Below, in pieces: positions 57,285 through 64,000 of a stretch of 64,000 nt of DNA. The stretch comes from a virus: the IMG/VR virus record IMGVR_UViG_3300025070_000022, positions 25,941 through 89,940 of that record. One strand, given 5' to 3'. The notes beneath the pieces were generated by a model. That model was not told the origin of the DNA and searched no databases. It was given only the letters and a program-made list of their open reading frames with translations. The position numbers were made by a program, and so were the translations under genes. Position 1 is the stretch's first letter. Every line of letters starts with the position of its first letter.

Positions 57285-59699
57285 TCACCTGAAATTAGCC
57301 TTCACATAATAGACTACTTCTTCGGAAACACCAACATTCGATGAAATACTAGAGAAAGAGTCCACTTCTTCGACCATCTTTACAATGTCCATAGAAGTTA
57401 AATCTAGGTTGAATCTTTCTCTAGAAGAGGTAATGATTGAGTCCATATCATCAATAGAAGAAAGAGAGCCTTGCCCATAGTAGATAGGCAACCCCTTGAG
57501 TATTCTAAGTGAATCGTGTATCTCTAGAATCTTCTCTTCTATTTCCGACTTTCTCAATTCATTTAGTATCTGTTTAATGTTTCTTGCTCTAACCGCACCC
57601 TTGTTACTTATCTGTTTGGCGTTTCCTTCATCTAAAAGGAATTCCTTTAATGCCGACATTACTGTCAATGAAGTGGCTTCTATTCGTTCTTTACTGACAG
57701 GACTCTCCTCCCTAAATTCCGGATAAGGCACACCCATAAAACGCAGTCCTTGTTGAGGATTTTGACTTCTAAGGTTAATTTTACCAAGGAATTGAGCCAT
57801 CTCTTCATTGTATTGTTTGATTATATCTTTATCTCTAAAGATTCTTTTGAGAGAAGATGCTAGCAACCTAGCAGAATTGAAAACCTCTTCATGTTCAATG
57901 TTAGGAGTATTGATTGATTTCAAAAAATCTAGAATATTTTTCAAATCATCATTCTTTAATAGTCTACCTCTTCTAGTATTCGACCTCTTCACTAGTCTAG
58001 TATAGACCTTAGCAAAATCACTAGAACTCAAAGTCTTAATAGATTTGAACGCAGTAGTATTTTTTATTCTAAAGTTTAAATCCAAAGTCATAGCCGGATT
58101 CAAAAGTGGCTTATACAGATAATCGTCTAAAGCCTCAAGAACACTATCTAGTTTCTTCTGCACATCTTTACCTAATTCTCTAGGAAGGCCCTTAGCGGAA
58201 GGGTATGCAGAAACATATGAGTCGCCTCCTCTACCATCTCCCTTTCCTCCTTGGCCTCCTCTAGGTCCAACCACAGTCCCGCCAGTAGACATTTTTTGTT
58301 GCATTGTAATCTCTTCTAGAGTCATAAGAAGAGATTGTATAGCCCCGTTTATTTTAATTGGGCGAATGCCAGAACCAAACCTTCTAGCGAGGTCTGCACT
58401 ATCTAATATCTGCGCTGGCAAATAGAAAGAAGAACCGGAAACAGGTTGTATTTGTCCCATTCTTTCTATGGCTTTATCCAACCTTTCTATCTCGGCTCTA
58501 GACTCTATAATATAAATGATTTTCATAGTTTTTGCCATATTTCTTATTTTGTCTAGTTCTGTAGAATCAGTTAGAATTCCATAAGCGTACTTAGATAAAT
58601 AATTGTAGCCAAGCGGGTCTATTTCAGTCGTTAGTAGGTTGACGAATTCCGGTGAGTCCTCCCTAATTTCTTCAATTACATCATCTTCTAATTGTTCCGA
58701 AACTTCGCTTCCGCTTGTTCCACTATCTCCTTCAAATTGTATGCTTGCTCTACCTAGACCCTCGAATAAACTAAAGACAGCATCATCCGCTCCTTGTTTT
58801 TGAACTGTAGCCTTACCTAATTTAACCACATACTGACCATTTGCATTAAACAATTCATTGGAGGTATGTAATTTAGCCCCGTACTCTTTCATCCCTCCGG
58901 ATTTTAGAGAAGCAATTAAAGATTTAACCGCCTCATACACATCAGCGTGTTTAGGGGCTACCCCTTTCCATGCAGAATAAATAGACCTTCTTTTGCTCTT
59001 ACTGATGTAAGGTTCATTTCCAATAAAAGATAACACATCATCTCTAATGTCTACAACAATACGCTCGCCATCTTCGTCAAACTCTGATTCCAGTACCTCG
59101 CTATAGTAGGCGTCTATTCCTTCCAACACCTTTTCTACTTCTGGCATAAATTTACTCAATAGTTCTGTATCGTCTTCGTCTAGAGAATTAATTCTTGTTC
59201 TTATTCTATCCGAAGACTTGTTTGGTTTATTTCCTGTAAAGGGCCTCTTGACAATAATATCTTTGTTGGAAAAGGTTCGATTCAATACTTCTACAGTAAT
59301 TTTTTTTCCTTTAATGGTGATTCCGGAAAATATCTTCGATAGAATTTTATTTTGGAATAGAACTTCATCGAATTCTCTAACACTTTCGTCTTCTATTACT
59401 TTCTTTCCATCTTCTTCGACATATTCCGGAGTTAATTCATCGGCTTTATCTTTAGCCAACTTTCTGTACTTTCTTTTAGTGGCTAGATTCACTTCTTTGA
59501 TAGCAGTCACTCTTTCAGTAGCCCCTACTGGCACTTCCTTCTCCCTAAATTCAGTAGCCAAGTCTTCTCCAATTTTAGTAATGGTTCTTTTCATAGTAGG
59601 GAAGGGGGACTTCCCCCTATCTTCAATTAACTTAGCCTTTTGAAATATGGTCTTTTCTTGGGAAGCCACTCTCTTCTCTAGTTCTAATTTAAAACTCAT
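57285..59699 (-). CDS. Large hypothetical protein (possible internal virion protein)
   Basis: 804 aa between terminase subunit genes. Confidence 0.55.
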   Translation of the reverse strand: MSFKLELEKRVASQEKTIFQKAKLIEDRGKSPFPTMKRTITKIGEDLATEFREKEVPVGATERVTAIKEVNLATKRKYRKLAKDKADELTPEYVEEDGKKVIEDESVREFDEVLFQNKILSKIFSGITIKGKKITVEVLNRTFSNKDIIVKRPFTGNKPNKSSDRIRTRINSLDEDDTELLSKFMPEVEKVLEGIDAYYSEVLESEFDEDGERIVVDIRDDVLSFIGNEPYISKSKRRSIYSAWKGVAPKHADVYEAVKSLIASLKSGGMKEYGAKLHTSNELFNANGQYVVKLGKATVQKQGADDAVFSLFEGLGRASIQFEGDSGTSGSEVSEQLEDDVIEEIREDSPEFVNLLTTEIDPLGYNYLSKYAYGILTDSTELDKIRNMAKTMKIIYIIESRAEIERLDKAIERMGQIQPVSGSSFYLPAQILDSADLARRFGSGIRPIKINGAIQSLLMTLEEITMQQKMSTGGTVVGPRGGQGGKGDGRGGDSYVSAYPSAKGLPRELGKDVQKKLDSVLEALDDYLYKPLLNPAMTLDLNFRIKNTTAFKSIKTLSSSDFAKVYTRLVKRSNTRRGRLLKNDDLKNILDFLKSINTPNIEHEEVFNSARLLASSLKRIFRDKDIIKQYNEEMAQFLGKINLRSQNPQQGLRFMGVPYPEFREESPVSKERIEATSLTVMSALKEFLLDEGNAKQISNKGAVRARNIKQILNELRKSEIEEKILEIHDSLRILKGLPIYYGQGSLSSIDDMDSIITSSRERFNLDLTSMDIVKMVEEVDSFSSISSNVGVSEEVVYYVKANFR

Positions 59700-61594
59700 T
59701 CAACTTCCTCCAGTAAATCTCTATTCTGTAATGCCTCGTAAAGTTCTTCACCAACTTCATTAGTATAGAACCTACGCCTCTTAGCAATGTCTTGTAATTT
59801 ATCTCGAACTCCTTCCACAATAACAGAAACAACTTCACCTAAAGAACTAGCCAAACTGTTTTTGAATTTTCCAATATCGGATTCTATTTTTGTTAGTAAT
59901 TGCTTGTCTGCGGTTGTTAGGTATTCATCTATTGTCTTATCCAAATCAATAGTGATAGATTCCATAGTATCATCTAATAGATAACTAAAATTGGTTAAGA
60001 CGCTCAAACCTTCAATAGGTTGTAGGCGGGCTTTGTATGCCATATCCATAGCGTATTCATCAAATTCAAAGACCCCTCTCGTTTCGTCTTTCTTGGCCCT
60101 ATCAATTTTATCAGCAAATAAAGAAAAGATTAGTCTATCATCTGCATCCGTTAGAGTAAAAGAAACTGTAGAATTTTTAATAGGGATTGAAGAGGGTATT
60201 CCTGTTAAAGATTCAATAGTTGGAATTAGTGCTACAATTGTATTCGTGAAATCATTTTTAGGCATTTTAGTAATTCCGGATTTAGTGATAATTTCGTTTG
60301 CATAATCGGAAGGCAACTCTTCAATTTCATCTTCCAAATCTTCTCTATCAACTTCTTCTAGTTTTTCCAACCATTCGGGCGATTCCCCCTCTAATAAAGG
60401 CTCGATAACTTCCCAAATATCTCCTCTTAAATACAAAGAATCGCCCCTATCTTCATCGAAGATTTGTTCAATATCTCTATTCGATATATATGATTCATCC
60501 CTAATAGATTCAAGAGTATCCTTTAACACTTCATCTCTGTCTATTAAGAGTTTTAACAAAACAGGATTAACAGTGGATTTGCTAAAAAATGAAGAAGCAA
60601 CATTGTGCGGTCCCAGTTTAGGCAAAAGCAATGATTTCTTTTTCATCCTACCTATTTCCTCTAGGTAGTGGGCTACATCACTAGAGTCTAGTGTACCTTT
60701 AGGTCGCAAATCATTGCCCTCTATAACTATCTTCAAATCACTCTTTCCAAATAGTTTTTCATAGAAGGGAGGATATTCAAACACATAAACTAATCTGTCA
60801 AATTGTGTCAAGTCTTCGGTCAACCCTAGAGAAGTATAAGGCCCTCTCTCTTCTTCTATAGCCTCTCTAATTTGAGCCTCTCTTTCCTTGACACTATCAT
60901 CGTCGTCTATCTCTTCTAGTAAAATAAATCCGGTTTTCTTACCTGAGCCTGTTGGTCTACCTTCGGGAGTTTCTTGGCCAGTACCATAAGATGCTGTATA
61001 TCTCCCCCAACTAACTTGAGCCGAGGATTGAAACTCTTCATCGCTCTCCGGTTTATGCCTACTAGGACTCCCATAGTAATCTTCAACCGAATCAAACAAA
61101 GCATACTTGTCTATTTTTGCCTTGCCTAGTTCTCTTGATAGGTGTCGAGCATCATCATTCAAAACATAAGTCATTAACTTGTCTATGTCTTCTTCATTAA
61201 GACCATCGTTGGTGATTCTTTTGAAGAACTCTGCACTGCCTTCTGCCTTCGGTTGTGCTTGAAATAGCATGGCTATTTTTGGAGTCAAAATTCGCCTTAG
61301 TTTGGTAGGCTTCATTCCTAGTTTTTCAGCGAGGGGTTCAATGACGCTAGTAAATTCTTCTTGGTTTTTAAGAGCATCACTAACTGATGAACGAACTCCA
61401 CCACTAATTGTAATGGTCTTCAAGGCATCCATTATTTTACTAGCATCTGGATTTCTGCCCCCTGTTAGCGGCCTAGATAGATGGGCAACCAAAGGCTCCT
61501 CTCCACCTTCTCTTGCTAAGGCTCTAAATAGTGTACGAGGAGTATAAGGAACACCGGAGATGTTTTCGCTTCTAGGTGCTTTCCTTATTGTCAT
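59696..61594 (-). CDS. Large acidic hypothetical protein (possible internal virion protein)
   Basis: 632 aa. Confidence 0.55.
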   Translation of the reverse strand: MTIRKAPRSENISGVPYTPRTLFRALAREGGEEPLVAHLSRPLTGGRNPDASKIMDALKTITISGGVRSSVSDALKNQEEFTSVIEPLAEKLGMKPTKLRRILTPKIAMLFQAQPKAEGSAEFFKRITNDGLNEEDIDKLMTYVLNDDARHLSRELGKAKIDKYALFDSVEDYYGSPSRHKPESDEEFQSSAQVSWGRYTASYGTGQETPEGRPTGSGKKTGFILLEEIDDDDSVKEREAQIREAIEEERGPYTSLGLTEDLTQFDRLVYVFEYPPFYEKLFGKSDLKIVIEGNDLRPKGTLDSSDVAHYLEEIGRMKKKSLLLPKLGPHNVASSFFSKSTVNPVLLKLLIDRDEVLKDTLESIRDESYISNRDIEQIFDEDRGDSLYLRGDIWEVIEPLLEGESPEWLEKLEEVDREDLEDEIEELPSDYANEIITKSGITKMPKNDFTNTIVALIPTIESLTGIPSSIPIKNSTVSFTLTDADDRLIFSLFADKIDRAKKDETRGVFEFDEYAMDMAYKARLQPIEGLSVLTNFSYLLDDTMESITIDLDKTIDEYLTTADKQLLTKIESDIGKFKNSLASSLGEVVSVIVEGVRDKLQDIAKRRRFYTNEVGEELYEALQNRDLLEEVE

Positions 61595-61643
61595 ATTGTT
61601 TCCCCGAATAAAGGCAATAGTCCACTCTATAATAAATGAACTG

Positions 61644-61805
61644 TCAATCTAACTTTGTCTGCTGTGTTGCAGTATCTTCCTTCGGTGGCGGAGTTTCCTT
61701 GGGTTCATTTCCCCATTCTTCTGCTGGAATTGTAGATACGGTAGCACCTTCTGTAAGTTTTTTGGGGAGTTTGGTTTGTCTTTTGAGAACACTTTTCCAA
61801 CTCAT
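61644..61805 (-). CDS. WxxILK-tagged microprotein, 53 aa (not in ORF track)
   Basis: MSWKSVLKRQTKLPKK...TQQTKLD, AGGAG upstream. Confidence 0.6.
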   Translation of the reverse strand: MSWKSVLKRQTKLPKKLTEGATVSTIPAEEWGNEPKETPPPKEDTATQQTKLD

Positions 61806-62152
61806 TGTAATCTCTCCTACATCAATCTCTTTGCTTCAATCAAATACATATACTGTTTTCTTAATCCCATCTTTGAAGTAACGGCCCCTGCTAGTTTCTT
61901 TAAATTCTTTTGAAAACTGAAAAATTCGGGAGAGTAAAGGTCATTTAACTCATCTTTATCTTCAACCCTTTCGTAGTATTCATCAAATTTATTCAATAGG
62001 GCCTCACCCGCTTGCTTTATTTTGGGGTCTTCATTGTAGGCCATAAAGAAAAGTAATTCGTGAACATGGCCATGTAAAGGGGCATCTCCATCTTCAACAT
62101 ACCAAGTATTTTTTAGTATATTCTCCCAACTCATTGTAATCTCTCCTGCATC
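61797..62152. repeat. 27-bp direct repeat with one mismatch (61797-61823, 62126-62152)
   Basis: CCAACTCATTGTAATCTCTCCT(A/G)CATC; flanks ORF 61817-62134. Confidence 0.85.
61817..62134 (-). CDS. WxxILK-tagged accessory protein
   Basis: MSWENILKN; flanked by a 27-bp repeat. Confidence 0.7.
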   Translation of the reverse strand: MSWENILKNTWYVEDGDAPLHGHVHELLFFMAYNEDPKIKQAGEALLNKFDEYYERVEDKDELNDLYSPEFFSFQKNLKKLAGAVTSKMGLRKQYMYLIEAKRLM

Positions 62153-62784
62153 TTTTTCTTAATGTCAAGCCAAATTTCCGGATTGTTCTGTGCTAACACT
62201 TCTTGAACAACTTGCATCTGTGCGACAATAATTGTATCTTGTCGCTTGTGGACAAGTTTGCCTTTGAACTCCATCATGTATTTTAAAGACTCACGAACTT
62301 CTCTAGCCAACTTCACTAGAGCGTCTAATTCCTTAGCATCTAAATCATCTCTAGATGCTATCTCGGTGATTTTATCATCGAGCAATTGAATGTTATTTGA
62401 TAGCATATCGACCTCATTCAAATCTTTCTTGGCAATAATAGCCGCCGCAGACTTTTGAACAACGGGCTGTAAATGGTGCTTAACATGTCGATGGACTTGG
62501 GCCTTAGAAATTCCAAGGCCTACGCTGACCTCCTCGGCTGTGATTAGACCCTCATGCAATTGCCTTTCGTATTCTGCCCTCATTGGGTCTACACAAATGG
62601 CACACTTTGGATTACTACTTTGCACATATTCTCCCATGTGATTTCTTTGATGCTGTGCAGAAGTACCGCTTCTCCAGTTCATCTTTTCATCTAATTCATC
62701 GGGAGTAATAGTAAGAGATTCTAAGTCGGCTTCCATAGAATCAACATCACTGTGTTGACAAAAGGCACAACTCTTTCTTCTCAT
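62131..62784 (-). CDS. Putative terminase small subunit
   Basis: Two CxxC + HTH + HxxxH repeats followed by a coiled coil; upstream of terL. Confidence 0.5.
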   Translation of the reverse strand: MRRKSCAFCQHSDVDSMEADLESLTITPDELDEKMNWRSGTSAQHQRNHMGEYVQSSNPKCAICVDPMRAEYERQLHEGLITAEEVSVGLGISKAQVHRHVKHHLQPVVQKSAAAIIAKKDLNEVDMLSNNIQLLDDKITEIASRDDLDAKELDALVKLAREVRESLKYMMEFKGKLVHKRQDTIIVAQMQVVQEVLAQNNPEIWLDIKKKMQERLQ

Positions 62785-63026
62785 TTCTGCACACCCGTAC
62801 TAATGATTTCAAATTCTTCTGTCTTATTACCAAGCATCTCTAATGAAACATAGATAGGTAGGTCGAAGCCAATGATAGGACGAGAGGAAGAATCGTAAAT
62901 CATCTTAGTCTTCACTGCGAACTTCTTTTCAATCATTTTAATCAGTTCGTCTAAACTTCCCGTCTTTCCAACGATTTCCTCTATTTCATCTAGAGTCATT
63001 TCTTTTAGTATGTTTTCCCAAGTCAT
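62781..63026 (-). CDS. WxxILK-tagged protein
   Basis: MTWENILKE, ATG at 63026 after GGTGA. Confidence 0.65.
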   Translation of the reverse strand: MTWENILKEMTLDEIEEIVGKTGSLDELIKMIEKKFAVKTKMIYDSSSRPIIGFDLPIYVSLEMLGNKTEEFEIISTGVQK

Positions 63027-63036
63027 ATTATTCACC

Positions 63037-63456
63037 CTATATCCCAAATTTTCCTTGAACATTAGGGTTGCCTTTTGAGGCTTGAATCATATCACCCATT
63101 CTTTCAACTTTGAAGCCAAATTGTTCTAATACAGGAATACCATGTTGTTGCACAAAATTAGCATCACCAAATAGGTCTTGTTGCATTTCCCATATTAACG
63201 CTCTATTACCGCTTCCTTTTCTTCCCCTACCTGTAAAATTTTCAGGAACTACCTTAATGGCAAATTTCCCATTTTTTTGAAATTCGGGGTCTTTTTTATA
63301 CGCACTAATTATTTCTGCCATATGTTTTTTTACATTTTCAATCTTCATTTTTTGATTATCAGTAAGTTTAGGTTCAGCAGAAGTCTTGTTTCTTCTAAAC
63401 CTACCAAACGGTGCTTTCTCTATTCCGTCTTGTTTTAGTATATCTTTCCAAGTCAT
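63037..63456 (-). CDS. WxxILK-tagged protein
   Basis: MTWKDILKQ. Confidence 0.7.
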   Translation of the reverse strand: MTWKDILKQDGIEKAPFGRFRRNKTSAEPKLTDNQKMKIENVKKHMAEIISAYKKDPEFQKNGKFAIKVVPENFTGRGRKGSGNRALIWEMQQDLFGDANFVQQHGIPVLEQFGFKVERMGDMIQASKGNPNVQGKFGI

Positions 63457-63836
63457 TCTTTCACTTCCCTATTAAAAATAATTTCAAACTCTTTTTCTCT
63501 TCTATCTGTTCCTTTCAGTTCCATGACTCTAGCAGTGTAATTGAATAGATTAGGATAGTTGTAAATCTCAGCACCTCCTATGGGAAATCTGTTTTTACTC
63601 GACAACTCTATTGAGATAGCAAGGTGAACTTTATTCGGTCTTTTACCCGTTGTTAAGAACCATTCTGCTAAAGACTTGTTTGGCGTATCCTCATTAAAAA
63701 CATCATCATTATCATAATACATAGTTGATAGTTTGCCCCTGCCTTTCACTATCTCCATGACTCTATTCTCTACTTCTTTTTTATCTAAGTAGTCGTAGTT
63801 TATTGTATCGCTTTTCAATATGTTTTTCCAAGTCAT
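63453..63836 (-). CDS. WxxILK-tagged protein
   Basis: MTWKNILKS, ATG at 63836. Confidence 0.7.
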   Translation of the reverse strand: MTWKNILKSDTINYDYLDKKEVENRVMEIVKGRGKLSTMYYDNDDVFNEDTPNKSLAEWFLTTGKRPNKVHLAISIELSSKNRFPIGGAEIYNYPNLFNYTARVMELKGTDRREKEFEIIFNREVKE

Positions 63837-64000
63837 AGTAGCACTTCCTTCCAACTTTTAATAACCGGACTAACCTTTACGCTCATGTTCGACTTCATGT
63901 AATCTTTAATCAATTTACGAGTCTTAGCCGGAGTCAACTCGATTGTGAATTCAGTAATGGTCCCTCCTAAGTCGGGAACTTTCATGTATCTAGATAGCAT
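63833..64000 (-). CDS. Partial protein ending in a KSWKEVLL motif
   Basis: Open frame from the window edge to TGA at 63835-63833. Confidence 0.55.
   Translation of the reverse strand: MLSRYMKVPDLGGTITEFTIELTPAKTRKLIKDYMKSNMSVKVSPVIKSWKEVLL

Noticed and set aside
16496-61881. Numerous + strand ORFs in the late region (for example 43345-43971, 31298-31834, 28489-28998)
   Set aside because: They are antisense shadows of long - strand genes, with no motifs or RBS support.
62111-63836. About 24-bp similar DNA units TTTTAGTAT...CCAAGTCAT as a CRISPR-like or att repeat array
   Set aside because: They are the coding sequence of the MxWxxILK tag at gene starts, with irregular gene-length spacing.
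1-64000. tRNA, rRNA, integrase or transposase genes
   Set aside because: None recognised; intergenic gaps are very short. A tRNAscan/Infernal run would be needed to exclude RNA genes formally.

Overview
A 64-kb segment of a tailed dsDNA archaeal virus. It is most consistent with a magrovirus of Marine Group II Euryarchaeota (Poseidoniales); this is inferred from the archaeal-type replisome, GGTGA/GGAGG ribosome-binding sites and HK97-type morphogenesis genes. The + strand (1-16.2 kb) carries a replication operon: RFC large and small subunits, SSB, ATPase, PCNA, a split PolB with seven microgenes between the halves, a Cas4-like nuclease, PriS-PriL primase, an ERCC4 nuclease, an MCM-like helicase and an exonuclease. 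It converges at a hairpin with the - strand late operon (16.3-64 kb): tail fibres, tail hub, tape measure, frameshifted tail chaperones, tail tube, adaptor, capsid, protease-scaffold, DNA ligase, portal and terminase. Three observations stand out. (1) About 17 otherwise unrelated late proteins, including GNAT-like and ADP-ribosyltransferase-like ones, begin with a shared M(S/T)WxxILK peptide that resembles the scaffold C-terminus; this is a candidate capsid-loading tag for effector cargo. (2) Several accessory genes are flanked by duplications of the gene junction, suggesting a cassette gain/loss mechanism. (3) A membrane-anchored Arf-like small GTPase sits with two membrane proteins, a Zn-binding protein and a WW-like protein; this is a candidate egress or membrane-remodelling module. 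All calls come from motif reading; no database searches were run.
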